The notes under the pieces are model-generated. The model did not search any database and had not been told where the DNA came from. It was given only the letters and a program-made list of their open reading frames with translations. The position numbers and the translations under genes are program-made. A stretch of DNA of 64,000 bases from a phage. How positions within the stretch are numbered: position 1 is the stretch's first letter; the number at the start of each line of letters is the position of its first letter. Location of the stretch: sequence record PZ445487.1; one strand, given 5' to 3'. This document shows positions 9,600-19,708 of this stretch, one piece after another.

Positions 9600-9863
9600 A
9601 TCAAAATTGCTGTGTGTGTGTTAAATCAGATCTTTTTGTACGCTTTCAAAGCACTAATAACCGAGACGCCGCCAAATAGAACTAACAATATGAATCGTTC
9701 CATCCTGAAATCAGGAAGGGAAAGCAGTCCCACAAGGCTGTCTAAAGCAATCATGAACGTTACTCCAGTCAGCATGCCCAACTTAAAGGAGTTGGAACCT
9801 CTTTTGCAACGTAGCATAAATCACCTCCGATTCAAATGGGGAGTTCTCTCCCCACACAGATAT

Positions 9864-10373
9864 CTAGCCCAGAAACACTACTAAAGTCAAATTTGTGAGA
9901 CTGGTCCGAGCATCCTGCAACATTTCACGGGCAGCGGCTAAACGTTTTACATCATGTAGAGTGTCAGAGAACACGATTATGTTAGCCTTATCGATCCTGG
10001 TCCCCATGAAATGGGTGATTGTCGTCGTGCTCTCTTTCTTGTCGACATCAGGGATAAGTAATTCTTCGCCCGTCTGAGGGTTGCGGGAAGGATAGAAGAA
10101 TGCATCACGTTCACGAGAAGTATGGAAGACGCCAAACACATATGCGTCGTTTTCGACCTGAAACTTTTTAGAAAGTAGTTTCTTCAGAGCGGCTGTATGT
10201 CCGGTCTGGCGGAGCATTCTGTAGTAGAGCATGTTGCCGGAGCAAATAGGGTCTATCACTCCCCTAATTTGACGTTCCTTTTGTATCTCATACGCATCTG
10301 CCACAAGCTGCTGGATCATATCGACATGGGCATTCATGGAGATTTCTATTTTACGTTTGATCATAGATTGCAT
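9864..10373 (-). CDS. hypothetical protein (169 aa)
   Basis: ATG 10373 preceded by GAGGA at 8 nt. Confidence 0.5.
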   Translation of the reverse strand: MQSMIKRKIEISMNAHVDMIQQLVADAYEIQKERQIRGVIDPICSGNMLYYRMLRQTGHTAALKKLLSKKFQVENDAYVFGVFHTSRERDAFFYPSRNPQTGEELLIPDVDKKESTTTITHFMGTRIDKANIIVFSDTLHDVKRLAAAREMLQDARTSLTNLTLVVFLG

Positions 10374-10424
10374 TTGGTATATCCTCAGTTAGGTTCCGCT
10401 CATGGGGAACGGGTCCATTATACA

Positions 10425-10462
10425 CCCAATGCTGGAAATGAAAAAGAGGCCGAAGCCTCTTT
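10425..10462 (-). terminator. rho-independent terminator-like hairpin (aaagaggc-cgaa-gcctcttt) with T-rich tract on the minus strand
   Basis: 8-bp perfect stem directly at the stop of gene 10461..10682. Confidence 0.5.
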
Positions 10463-10682
10463 AATCGTCGTATTGGCCTGTCCTGAAATTCCATTTTCGC
10501 GCCTTGGATAAATCCAAATCTTTGAAAATGCTGCCAAAGATCTTTTTAAAATCAGACTCTTCTTCAAGATCTTTTGGTTTTTTGACAGGCTCCTTAACCA
10601 TACCGCCTTCGGGTTTCCCCACATCGGCGGTCGTGGTTGCCGGAGCAGAAGAGTCTTCAAGGAAATCCTGGAAGCTCTTCAT
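10461..10682 (-). CDS. hypothetical acidic/lysine-rich protein (73 aa)
   Basis: ORF track; ATG 10682 right after the stop of the Ig-like gene; followed by terminator hairpin. Confidence 0.4.
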   Translation of the reverse strand: MKSFQDFLEDSSAPATTTADVGKPEGGMVKEPVKKPKDLEEESDFKKIFGSIFKDLDLSKARKWNFRTGQYDD

Positions 10683-10685
10683 AAA

Positions 10686-11507
10686 TTACACCACAGCCAT
10701 TTCACAACGAGTAGACGTGACAGAATGGCCATCTGCATCAGAAACAACACACCAATATTCGCCTTCATTTGCGGCTTCAACTGCTGTGATAACCAGGTTA
10801 GCAGTGGCGGCGGTGGCATTAGTGCCAGCATCGATAACTGACCCCGCACCCCCAGGAGTATCAGAGAAATGCCACACATAAGTGTATGGAGTTGTACCGC
10901 CCGCAGCAACAACACTAAAGGTTCCGTCTTGTCCAGAAGTCACGTCTTTGGTGGCAGGTAAATCAGTCGACAGCGATAGAGCGCCTGCAACTGTAATAAC
11001 CGTAGAATCTGTGTGATTCCCTTCAACCGTGACACCATAAACCGTTACAGTTCCTGAAGCCAGCAATTTGAATTTACCACCACCGACATGTACAGCTTTC
11101 GTAATATCACCAGAATACCAATTAACGCCTTGATATGTGGCATTGGCAGGGGATACCGTCGCTAGCAATTCAACAAATTGTCCGATCTCTCCGCTGGCTG
11201 TAGCTGGAGTAATCACAAGTCCGGTGGTTAAAATAGCATTCGGATCGTGGATTTCATAAGATACTTGAAAGCCGATAGGCTTGGTGGGATCCACTTTGGT
11301 GACACCGTCCGCTTGTAAATTGCTCTTGGTGAGCAGAGCGTCAAGACCTTTACATTCGGTCAGGATCTCATCAGGATCTTGGTTGAGGCTGGTCTTTTGC
11401 CAACCCTTTGCAACACCCGTCACGACATGATTGCGTTCGGTTTCGGGTTTGTTGCGGACAACTTCCGGTGCGACTAATACTGTGATTGTTGGCATGGTTT
11501 CCTCCAC
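10686..11507 (-). CDS. Ig-like domain protein (Hoc-like surface or decoration protein?)
   Basis: 273 aa rich in T/S/G/V beta-strand pattern; C-terminal EGEYWCVVSDADGHSVTSTRCEMAV is a typical Ig-domain Y-x-C motif. Confidence 0.55.
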   Translation of the reverse strand: MEETMPTITVLVAPEVVRNKPETERNHVVTGVAKGWQKTSLNQDPDEILTECKGLDALLTKSNLQADGVTKVDPTKPIGFQVSYEIHDPNAILTTGLVITPATASGEIGQFVELLATVSPANATYQGVNWYSGDITKAVHVGGGKFKLLASGTVTVYGVTVEGNHTDSTVITVAGALSLSTDLPATKDVTSGQDGTFSVVAAGGTTPYTYVWHFSDTPGGAGSVIDAGTNATAATANLVITAVEAANEGEYWCVVSDADGHSVTSTRCEMAVV

Positions 11508-11866
11508 TCATCCAAATCGTTGTTCAGAGCCATCATCAGCTCATTATCTGGTTCGTATGAACCGGAACATAAATCATCTCGCCAAACTCCTAACGTCAAC
11601 AGCGCTGCTTTAAGACGAGGATGTTGGTTCTTATCCGTTTTCAACACCAACATTCGGCACACGGCTTCGGTTTCAAAGGTATTGAAAAGAATAATCAATT
11701 GATTGATAAGTACTCGAGGACTTTTCCCTGGCACAAATCTTTTCAATGATTGATTAATTAGCGAAATTCGCTGAATGTCTACCATCAAATCATCTCTTGA
11801 GACACCAGGGGTGATATAATGTCTTAGAGCGTACTCCATCAAATTGCTTTCGTCAACGATAGCCAT
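11474..11866 (-). CDS. hypothetical protein (130 aa)
   Basis: ORF track; same-strand packing. Confidence 0.45.
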   Translation of the reverse strand: MAIVDESNLMEYALRHYITPGVSRDDLMVDIQRISLINQSLKRFVPGKSPRVLINQLIILFNTFETEAVCRMLVLKTDKNQHPRLKAALLTLGVWRDDLCSGSYEPDNELMMALNNDLDEWRKPCQQSQY

Positions 11867-11898
11867 ATTGAATTATAATCAGCAGTTATACACTGGGA

Positions 11899-12312
11899 TT
11901 ATTTAATCTGCAGTTTTTCAGCCAATTGCGAGATTATTTCATTACGGTCAGTCGCGTCGATACCCAGGGGTTCCGCAAGTGTTTTAAGATCATTGATATC
12001 GAGCAAAAGAAGAACTTCAACTGTAATATCGGTTGATACCACAGTACCTGGTTTCATCGGCTTACCGAATTTATCTAACCCATAACGGCGCAAAGTTCCG
12101 GCAAGTCCGGTGAGTTCCTCTAGAAGCTCCTTAGAGCCGTCTTTATATTCACACACCCAACCGTAGTCACCAGCGTAGACAATACCGCCGTCGCCGCCCT
12201 GAGGCACGTTATCCACCACGCGTTGCAGATAACTGGGAAGTTTATTTTCTTCCTGTGCAGTGATTTCTTGGATGGTTTGGGTGTTTTCAATTTTCTTTTG
12301 TGTCTTCGCCAT
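11899..12312 (-). CDS. hypothetical protein (137 aa)
   Basis: Start moved to ATG 12312 (GGAG upstream); the longer ORF start would overlap the upstream gene. Confidence 0.5.
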   Translation of the reverse strand: MAKTQKKIENTQTIQEITAQEENKLPSYLQRVVDNVPQGGDGGIVYAGDYGWVCEYKDGSKELLEELTGLAGTLRRYGLDKFGKPMKPGTVVSTDITVEVLLLLDINDLKTLAEPLGIDATDRNEIISQLAEKLQIK

Positions 12313-12586
12313 GATCAGTTCTCCTATAGACTGTAATATATTTACCACAACAATTGCAGCAATAAACATGCATGGAATATCCGTCGTCGTTAAAGTCACA
12401 GCCGCCACAACGACAAAATAATTTCACGAACTGGTCGCCTATGACTTCTCTCGGAGGAAAATTCCTGAACGAGTATTCCTTGAGTTCTCCATCAAATTGG
12501 AATGAATCAACAAGGAACTTTGTTTTTCGGCGCAGTGATCCAAATGCCTGTTGCTCATACACGAAGTAAACATCTCTGGTTTCCAT
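12287..12586 (-). CDS. Cys-rich zinc-finger-like protein (99 aa)
   Basis: CRCGGCDF...CCNCCGKY cysteine clusters; ORF track. Confidence 0.45.
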   Translation of the reverse strand: METRDVYFVYEQQAFGSLRRKTKFLVDSFQFDGELKEYSFRNFPPREVIGDQFVKLFCRCGGCDFNDDGYSMHVYCCNCCGKYITVYRRTDHGEDTKEN

Positions 12587-12639
12587 ATCGACCTCAAAGA
12601 AAAGGAGGCCGAAGCCCCCTCTTTTATGTCAGTTCGCGG

Positions 12640-14223
12640 TTACTTGTATAGACCTTCAACATCAATGGATTTATGTTGGCGGTTGTATTCCGTGGTGTAA
12701 TCGTCTAATACCAGATATTCACAGCAGCGGATTTTACTGGAGCCATAATCATCAGTGATAGACACGATATCTTTCGGGTTCAGTTTGCAACGGACAACGC
12801 GTTGTCCCAGGCTACCAAAACATTGTTTCAGATAAGCCAGAGAACAAACGTGAAGACCGTAAGAGCACAGATCTTTGTTGTTATCGTTCACGAATGAGCG
12901 AGCCATCCGAACAATGGTGCCAGGAGCATTACTAACTTTTCCTGTGCGCTTGTCCATGTAGTTACCGCGAACGGATTTATACAGAATGATATCACCGTCT
13001 TCATGAATTTCGATATCCGAATATGCCATGAATTCATAGATTCGACCGGACTGAACCAGCGCGGCGCTCGGGTTTTGGAACATTTTGTCCAGGAAACGAC
13101 CCAAGCGTTCCAAGTTCGGATAATCGCCTTTTAATGCCAAAGCCAAAATGCGTTTGGCAACGGAAGTTCCGGTGATATCATAGCCACCCCAGCGAACACG
13201 ATTGTCTGAAAGGTCAACCATGCCTGTGGTGAATTGTTTGATGGCTTCACGCGGTTTCATCAGAGTGTACGCTGTTTTGACGTCACGATTTTTAATCGCT
13301 TCAACAATACGGTCATACGCCTGGTGGCTCGTTGTGATCGTTTCCGGTTTACCATCAACCACGATCACGATACTTTCCGGCAAAATCATGATCTGGTGTT
13401 CGTTCAGGAACACAGACAGATCTTTTTCATTAAATGAATTCTGAGTTTGCTTGTCGCCTGTTTCTCCAACAACTGCAACAGTCTTGACCACGAATAATAC
13501 GGATGACAATGCCAGACGAAGTGTACGGCCTAAAATTACATCAAAGTAACCCACGCGCCGACGGGCATCAAGGGAACCGCGCATCGGGTATGTTTCGCCG
13601 TCATGTTGTACACTGATTACCACGCCATCATTGACTTTGGTAACGCCATCAACCAGTGCTGTCGCCAATTCGGCCAACGGCGAAATATTTTCTTCATTGA
13701 AGCGGCTTGACCGAGTTTCTAACGGTTTCAGTTCTTCGCTTCTGAAAAGTTTGGCCTGAATAGCAGCAGAGCTATCGTAACGCATACAGATAAACACTGT
13801 TTGGTTTTCCAGGAAACGGCCAACATACCATTCTTCGCCTTCAGAATCGACAGACACCGAACCTTCCAGAACTTCATAGGTGTCGGGGATTTTCCCTTCT
13901 TCAGTCAATTCTTTAATTGGCGAAATCACGACCACGTTATTAGATTCTTTGATGATACGAACCATCAGGGCGCGGGCAATTGTTTTGGCACTGACGCCAT
14001 AAACTGATGCCAGAGAAGAATTGCTTTCACCTTTGCTGCTCTTGGTTTGTATTTCTTGAATCTGTTCAGTGGTCAGAGACTTAATCGAAGCTGGATCCAC
14101 TCCCAGTTCTTTATCCGACACGCGTTGTATCATTGAGCGCGGTACGCCCAATTCACTGGCTATTGAACTTTGACTTCTGTTCTCATTCAACAGCTTGAGA
14201 ATACGTTTTTCTATAGCATTCAT
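12640..14223 (-). CDS. rIIB: rIIB-like protein
   Basis: 527 aa; C-terminus (EDGDIILYKSVRGNY...GKVSNAPGTIVRMARSFVNDNN...SYGLHVCSLAYL...RVVRCKLNPKDIVSI) parallels the T4 rIIB C-terminal region; N-terminal HTH-like segment; directly downstream of rIIA. Confidence 0.8.
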   Translation of the reverse strand: MNAIEKRILKLLNENRSQSSIASELGVPRSMIQRVSDKELGVDPASIKSLTTEQIQEIQTKSSKGESNSSLASVYGVSAKTIARALMVRIIKESNNVVVISPIKELTEEGKIPDTYEVLEGSVSVDSEGEEWYVGRFLENQTVFICMRYDSSAAIQAKLFRSEELKPLETRSSRFNEENISPLAELATALVDGVTKVNDGVVISVQHDGETYPMRGSLDARRRVGYFDVILGRTLRLALSSVLFVVKTVAVVGETGDKQTQNSFNEKDLSVFLNEHQIMILPESIVIVVDGKPETITTSHQAYDRIVEAIKNRDVKTAYTLMKPREAIKQFTTGMVDLSDNRVRWGGYDITGTSVAKRILALALKGDYPNLERLGRFLDKMFQNPSAALVQSGRIYEFMAYSDIEIHEDGDIILYKSVRGNYMDKRTGKVSNAPGTIVRMARSFVNDNNKDLCSYGLHVCSLAYLKQCFGSLGQRVVRCKLNPKDIVSITDDYGSSKIRCCEYLVLDDYTTEYNRQHKSIDVEGLYK

Positions 14224-14255
14224 CTTGTAGTTCTCACTGTGGGGTAATGGGGCTA

Positions 14256-16997
14256 TTATGCCCCGAGAATACGTTTTGAAATAGCCTTCACAAATCTAGT
14301 GGCATCTTCAATCGCGTTGTGTGCCGAAGGCTGATATGTTGACATCATGAATTTCACCAAACGATGACATTCAACTCGGTATCGGTTTTTGGCCTTTTGC
14401 TTTTGAGATATAGTGCTAGTGACCTTTATCTCATCAAATCCTTCAGCAGTTAATTTTTCATTCAATAAATCAACAACTTGAGTTAACTGGTTACAGGCGC
14501 GGAAAAATCTCGTAGTTGAGAAAGGCATTTCTATATGATAATGTAATTCCTCAACAGCCTTGCGGAAATAACCGTACCCCGATCCAGACGGATTTCGTTT
14601 GGCCAGCATACGAACAATCTTCCATTCTTCTTCAGTGATTTGTTGTTTCGCATAACTGATGATTGCTTTTGCCCTGTGTTGATGATGGGCATAGCCATCC
14701 GTAACTTTTCCATGGGAATCAATCAACAGCTTGGCACCATAATCAATGCGATGAGACATGATGTTTATGCCCTTGCGAAGTTTCAGGAGTTTCTTAGATT
14801 CAAGCGCCTGAAATTCATCTTTATAATGCTCAAGCAACATATCAAACACTGCGTCAATGGGGATGAATACTTCTGGGAATTTCTTCATCATCGGAACAGA
14901 TTTACGACGCGCAAGAACGATTGTTGGATGTGCTCCCAGCAAATCAAACAGGTTTTCGTTTCCATTCTCGCCGAACTTCGTTCTTTCCATCGCTTCACGC
15001 AAATGTCCAGCCGCGGATTGTCGTAAGGTATTACCATGAATTTTATGGATACCTTCTCGGCCAGATACTTCGATATATACGATCTTTTTGCCCGAATCAA
15101 TAATATCTGAAACGGTTTTTCCATCTAATTCATAAACGCGGTCGAAGTTAAATGAATTGTAATGGAAACTAAACATCCCAGGATCTTTTTCAACGGTCGG
15201 GCGAACATATTCCATTTCATGCATGAAATAGACTTCATCCGGATTGAATAAATCGCCAAAGACCTCGATCAGTTTATCGGCAAAGACCAGGTAGTCCGGC
15301 GTTGTTTCTTGTACACCGATCCATGATTCAAAATAAGACTTCAATTCCTCATGGTTGGTAAATGATTCTTTATGTGCCGCCAGCTGATTCCGATTACTGA
15401 AATAATTTTCATTCGGTTTGACGACGATAACGACATTGAAGTTATTGCGTGCTGTTTGTATCTTCAGGTTTCGAGCACGATTCGAGTTATCAATAATAAC
15501 AGCAATTTTTGATTTAGATTTCAACCAATTTCCGACAGAGTTCACATAAATGCTGTCGTGTACTACACCGTTGTCGTGTACTTCAATTTCGTAAGGACTA
15601 CCAATAGACCGGAAAGGTGCATCCAAAGAGTAATCGCGCACGACGTCCGGCGCTCCGATATAACGGAACGTGCCTTTGTAGAAACGGTTATCTGCAGGAA
15701 ATTCCCGTTCGACCAATTTACGGAAACCACTACCGAACATATCAGTCAGCTGAGTCTTTTTCATATACAACATAAGAGGACCCATAGATTCGGCCTGGCG
15801 AAGTTCATACATCTTCGCCTGCATAATATTGTCAGCCACATGCTTGAACACGCGGTTCAGGCTTTCACGGGTGAACTCGTCATATGACAAGTCTTCACGT
15901 GATGGAGGAACATTCAATTCTCCAAGTTCGAAGAAGGTATAGGAACTCGGGAATTTTTCCAGCACGGTGCATATTTCAGAGTCCAATTGGTCGAGATCTA
16001 TCGGGTAAGAAACCCCGCCCATGACAGCATAGTGGATGTTGTCGGAATCTAACTTCGGTTGGATATATGTGTTGCCTACACGGTTTTCGAAGTTGATGTC
16101 AGACCAACGGAAAGAATAACTGGCGTTTTCAACCTTCGGTCGCATTGAAGGTCGCATCACTCGACCCAAACGGACCAACTCTTGTTCAAAGGCGGTAAAA
16201 CGCTGATTCTTTACAGGAACTTTAACAGTCAGGCCGTTGAACTCATCAGTGTCCTCCGGTTTAGGATCACGGGTATCTAAATCCTTGGTAATGAGATCCA
16301 CAGTTGGGATTCTGTCCGCATTCAGATACATCAGGAAACGATACAGTTTCCCTTCATAGCGACTTTCTACTGTAAATGAATCAGATACAGCAAATGGGGA
16401 TTTAGAACCTAGCCCAAACGCCCCTATTTGCCCGTCGTCGTCCTCTTTTGTACTATGGAAGAGTGTTGTATACAAACCAGGTCCACGAATGATCTCGCCA
16501 TCCTCAGCGCGGAATACCAGTACCCCATTATAATAACCAGGTGTACCAATAACAGCAGTGCTATCAGGGATTTCGTCTTCCTTCACGACGATATTACCTT
16601 CAACCAGCACTTCATCTTCACGCGCTGTAATAGGCTCGCCGATGATCATTTCTAATGGAAGACCAACCCCATAATCTTTAATTTCCAGCCAGGGTTCCAT
16701 AACATCCGGTAAATGTACAACAACAGGAGTTCCCTTGGGGGCAAGATGTTTGCTGTATCGTTGAGGCATAGGAGTGAGAGGAGCATAATGCGATGGCATC
16801 CAGCGTTGTTGGCGATCACGCATATTATGTGAGTCTATACCATTACACAACGTCTCACGCAAAGACGCCGCCTCTTTATATTTGTAGAGACTTGAAAATA
16901 ATGTTTCAAATAATTTATCCGTCATCTTGACATTGAATGTCTGTCCGACGATGGTAGAAGAAGAGCGCACGAAATGCTCGGACTTGCGCATTTTCAT
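14256..16997 (-). CDS. rIIA: rIIA-like protein (GHKL-ATPase-type)
   Basis: 913 aa; position immediately upstream of rIIB; ATG 16997 with AGGAA upstream. Confidence 0.8.
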   Translation of the reverse strand: MKMRKSEHFVRSSSTIVGQTFNVKMTDKLFETLFSSLYKYKEAASLRETLCNGIDSHNMRDRQQRWMPSHYAPLTPMPQRYSKHLAPKGTPVVVHLPDVMEPWLEIKDYGVGLPLEMIIGEPITAREDEVLVEGNIVVKEDEIPDSTAVIGTPGYYNGVLVFRAEDGEIIRGPGLYTTLFHSTKEDDDGQIGAFGLGSKSPFAVSDSFTVESRYEGKLYRFLMYLNADRIPTVDLITKDLDTRDPKPEDTDEFNGLTVKVPVKNQRFTAFEQELVRLGRVMRPSMRPKVENASYSFRWSDINFENRVGNTYIQPKLDSDNIHYAVMGGVSYPIDLDQLDSEICTVLEKFPSSYTFFELGELNVPPSREDLSYDEFTRESLNRVFKHVADNIMQAKMYELRQAESMGPLMLYMKKTQLTDMFGSGFRKLVEREFPADNRFYKGTFRYIGAPDVVRDYSLDAPFRSIGSPYEIEVHDNGVVHDSIYVNSVGNWLKSKSKIAVIIDNSNRARNLKIQTARNNFNVVIVVKPNENYFSNRNQLAAHKESFTNHEELKSYFESWIGVQETTPDYLVFADKLIEVFGDLFNPDEVYFMHEMEYVRPTVEKDPGMFSFHYNSFNFDRVYELDGKTVSDIIDSGKKIVYIEVSGREGIHKIHGNTLRQSAAGHLREAMERTKFGENGNENLFDLLGAHPTIVLARRKSVPMMKKFPEVFIPIDAVFDMLLEHYKDEFQALESKKLLKLRKGINIMSHRIDYGAKLLIDSHGKVTDGYAHHQHRAKAIISYAKQQITEEEWKIVRMLAKRNPSGSGYGYFRKAVEELHYHIEMPFSTTRFFRACNQLTQVVDLLNEKLTAEGFDEIKVTSTISQKQKAKNRYRVECHRLVKFMMSTYQPSAHNAIEDATRFVKAISKRILGA

Positions 16998-17074
16998 AGT
17001 ATAGAATTCCTGTTCAGATCAAAGAAGAACACATTATTGGGTAAGGTTATGATACTGGCGGGTGGTTCAATAGA

Positions 17075-17096
17075 AAAGCCTCCAATCGGAGGCTTT
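17075..17096. terminator. perfect 9-bp hairpin aaagcctcc-aatc-ggaggcttt
   Basis: Seen directly between gene 17105..17458 and rIIA. Confidence 0.5.
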
Positions 17097-17104
17097 AATC
17101 AGGA

Positions 17105-17458
17105 TTAACTTCCCTGAACGTTTACAACGGTGGCGTTGAAATTGAATATCGGGTGGGTGGCACCTGGCTCTAACGTCTCTTCCAGATAACCCACAATATT
17201 GCGTGTCACAGATTTCGGCTCTGCGCGGGAAGGCTTCGTTGCGCCGAGGTCAATAATGCTCGAAGTGACTTGTTCAACCTGAGTGTGATTGACAACAAAA
17301 TGATAACGACTACCGAAGGCCGCAACTTCAACTTCTGTTATTTCTAAACCACTCAATTCAGAGCTGTTCAACTGCTTCACATTCAATTGAGAGCGGAGGT
17401 GCTCTACAATATTGCTGTAAACATATTGTGGTGTGATCAGCTGTTCAATAGAACTCAT
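17105..17458 (-). CDS. hypothetical protein (117 aa)
   Basis: ATG 17458 with GAGGA at 7 nt. Confidence 0.5.
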   Translation of the reverse strand: MSSIEQLITPQYVYSNIVEHLRSQLNVKQLNSSELSGLEITEVEVAAFGSRYHFVVNHTQVEQVTSSIIDLGATKPSRAEPKSVTRNIVGYLEETLEPGATHPIFNFNATVVNVQGS

Positions 17459-17627
17459 GACATATCCTCATTTCTTTGGGGGTTTATTGTTACTTAAACG
17501 GATCACCTCTGCTCGAAGGAAGAGGATTTCATCGGCCATCATTTTACCTTCTTGAAACATAACATGACATCGTGATGATCTGGGTTCACCTTCCGATAAT
17601 GCGTAAAGGCGATATTCGGGGATGACA

Positions 17628-17834
17628 TCATTTACGGCGTTTCTTTTTGTTCTTTCCATGGGTCTTGGCCTTTTTAGGACGACTGACGGAAGGACGAGCA
17701 TGCCCAGGTTCCCCAGGGGTACACCCTTGTGCATAACGATGATCATCCCAGAGACGACCATTATGCGTCATATCTTCAGCCATGGCGGACAAAGCAAGGG
17801 TTGCTACAGCCGCAGCAGATAATGGTTTAGACAT
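17628..17834 (-). CDS. small secreted/exported basic peptide (68 aa)
   Basis: ATG 17834 preceded by AAGGAG at about 6 nt; N-terminus MSKPLSAAAVATLALSAMA is signal-peptide-like; C-terminus KKAKTHGKNKKKRRK highly basic. Overlaps alternative frame 17468..17761. Confidence 0.4.
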   Translation of the reverse strand: MSKPLSAAAVATLALSAMAEDMTHNGRLWDDHRYAQGCTPGEPGHARPSVSRPKKAKTHGKNKKKRRK

Positions 17835-18273
17835 TTGTTTCTCCTTTTGCTGCATACGACAGAGCTTTTACGATCATAACAGCCAAACCGATAGGATCGT
17901 ATGCATTGTCGAATTCTTGTTCTATGTTCTGACGAATTTCATCAGAAGATTGTACTTCAGAGCAGTTCTTACTCTGTCTGCGTTGCTCTTGCTCGACTAG
18001 ATCTTTGAACAGAAGGTCTTTGAAAGAATACTCATCGAAGTTTTCAAGATACCGTTGGATGCTTGGTTGTTTTACATCCATCGTTTGACGCAAATTGCTA
18101 ATAGTTGAACTTGCCTGTTCGCGGTGTTTGTTCATAACAGCAAAGTTAACGGGCTTGCCCCAAGCATTCATCACTGGATTAGAGCATACTTGGCCAAAGA
18201 GATCTTGGAAGGCATCATCCATGTGGATCAACGCAGTGGCCAATTCCTCATAAGTCGGTTTTTGAGTAGTCAT
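17827..18273 (-). CDS. hypothetical protein (148 aa)
   Basis: ORF track; same-strand packing. Confidence 0.5.
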   Translation of the reverse strand: MTTQKPTYEELATALIHMDDAFQDLFGQVCSNPVMNAWGKPVNFAVMNKHREQASSTISNLRQTMDVKQPSIQRYLENFDEYSFKDLLFKDLVEQEQRRQSKNCSEVQSSDEIRQNIEQEFDNAYDPIGLAVMIVKALSYAAKGETNV

Positions 18274-18635
18274 TTTCGTTTACTCCGATTTTTATATTTC
18301 TTAGCCTGACGTTTATGTTGGGCGGCTCCATATAGGCGCGGCGGCTTTTGATAACGTTGTGACGCAATTATGTCTCTGTCATCGGCTTCACAATACGAAA
18401 TATCTGCCTTCCGTAACTGAGCCACCGCTTGAGATACCAAGGTTTTGCGTTCACTTTCTACCAGATCATCACAAATTATCATGCGTTCACCTGGTTCACA
18501 ACAACGTTTAGGAATATCGTCTACACTGATACATTCTACTTCAACACCTTTCAACTTTTCTTGAAGGATAATGGCCATAGTCCGAGCGCCGATTCCTCCT
18601 CCAATAATCGCTATCTTTCTTGTCTTGTCTGTCAT
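18270..18635 (-). CDS. hypothetical protein with N-terminal Rossmann-like GxGxxG motif
   Basis: KIAIIGGGIGARTMA dinucleotide-binding-like motif; start ambiguous (TTG 18665, ATG 18647 or 18635). Confidence 0.4.
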   Translation of the reverse strand: MTDKTRKIAIIGGGIGARTMAIILQEKLKGVEVECISVDDIPKRCCEPGERMIICDDLVESERKTLVSQAVAQLRKADISYCEADDRDIIASQRYQKPPRLYGAAQHKRQAKKYKNRSKRK

Positions 18636-18650
18636 GTTCTTGCCCATGAA

Positions 18651-18695
18651 AAGGGGATAGAGCAATAATACCCTATCCCCATTTATTGAAGAACT
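18651..18695 (-). promoter_or_regulatory. conserved intergenic hairpin element (ggggatag / ctatcccc, loop with TATTAT) preceded on the sense strand by TTCAATAAA
   Basis: One of three similar elements upstream of minus-strand genes (also 21637..21680 and 26262..26300). Confidence 0.35.
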
Positions 18696-18696
18696 A

Positions 18697-19119
18697 TTAG
18701 TCTTCCGAACCTACAACCCCACCACGCAGATCCTGTGCTGGCTTACCATCAGGTGCCATGACATAGATGGTATTGATAGTCTCAAACCAAGACAATAAAT
18801 CAACTCCTTCGGTGTATGGCGTTACCGGAACAGAAGTTTTGATTTCTTTCTGTTCATCCTTCAAATCCGGATGACTTCCCGATAGGGTTAACCAAGCGAA
18901 TCTTCCATTGGGATAAATAATGCCTTCTTTGAACATTACAATCTTTTTGCGAGGATTATTGGCTTCACCCAGGCACACCACCAGATGATGGATCATTTCG
19001 GGGCGCGTCAACAACGTGTCATCTTTGATAATGCCCTGCTTGACAGCAGAGATTACCACTTCATCCAGCAACGCCTGTTGCTGTTCCAGCGTCAGAGATT
19101 CGGTTAGTTTCACGCTCAT
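18697..19119 (-). CDS. hypothetical protein (140 aa)
   Basis: Start moved to ATG 19119, just after the stop of the upstream gene. Confidence 0.5.
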   Translation of the reverse strand: MSVKLTESLTLEQQQALLDEVVISAVKQGIIKDDTLLTRPEMIHHLVVCLGEANNPRKKIVMFKEGIIYPNGRFAWLTLSGSHPDLKDEQKEIKTSVPVTPYTEGVDLLSWFETINTIYVMAPDGKPAQDLRGGVVGSED

Positions 19120-19123
19120 AAGA

Positions 19124-19693
19124 TCAGCCTTTGAAGTTAATCGGAGTCTGGACACCAGAGTCAAATGCGGCCTGGGTGCGGGTGTCACTCACCACCTGAC
19201 ATGTCTTGTCAAGATCGATACGCGGATATCCAAAGATTCCTGCTATCAGAGAACCAGGGAACTGGCCAAGTTTAGTTTCATAGATCGCACATGCGTCCAA
19301 TTTTTTAGTTTGGCTAATGCGGAATTCATCCCGACCTGAGCTGATAACAACCTGAATCTCTTTGTACAAAGATGAATCAAACTGAATATTCTGTTCCTGA
19401 ATCCATTGCATTACTGCTTTAGAACCGTCTGCGCCATAACGGCCTTGGAAAGTATCTTTGATCACTTCCTTCAAACCGTTTTTGTACATGTCAGGAATCT
19501 GCGCCGTCTCCTGAACTTTGAGCGTGTAGTTGCTCAGGTGGTTTTCAGAATCTTTGTTGAACTTTTTGACCTGTTGTTCAATGCGGTTGAAGTCATTGAA
19601 ATAGCTAACCACACTGCCAATCCCAATTACAGCAAATGCTAGAATCGCCAACCCAACAATCCAACCAATTGAAATACCTTTACGTTGTGACAT
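19124..19693 (-). CDS. membrane-anchored protein (189 aa, N-terminal TM helix)
   Basis: N-terminal ISIGWIVGLAILAFAVIGIGSVV hydrophobic helix; ORF track. Confidence 0.55.
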   Translation of the reverse strand: MSQRKGISIGWIVGLAILAFAVIGIGSVVSYFNDFNRIEQQVKKFNKDSENHLSNYTLKVQETAQIPDMYKNGLKEVIKDTFQGRYGADGSKAVMQWIQEQNIQFDSSLYKEIQVVISSGRDEFRISQTKKLDACAIYETKLGQFPGSLIAGIFGYPRIDLDKTCQVVSDTRTQAAFDSGVQTPINFKG

Positions 19694-19708
19694 CTTTACT
19701 TCCTCTTG

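Noticed and set aside
17468-17761. 97-aa ORF overlapping the small exported-peptide gene
   Set aside because: Overlaps 17628..17834 in another frame; the exported-peptide frame has a near-perfect AAGGAG RBS. Only the last 24 to 31 codons (17468..17560) might be a separate tiny gene.
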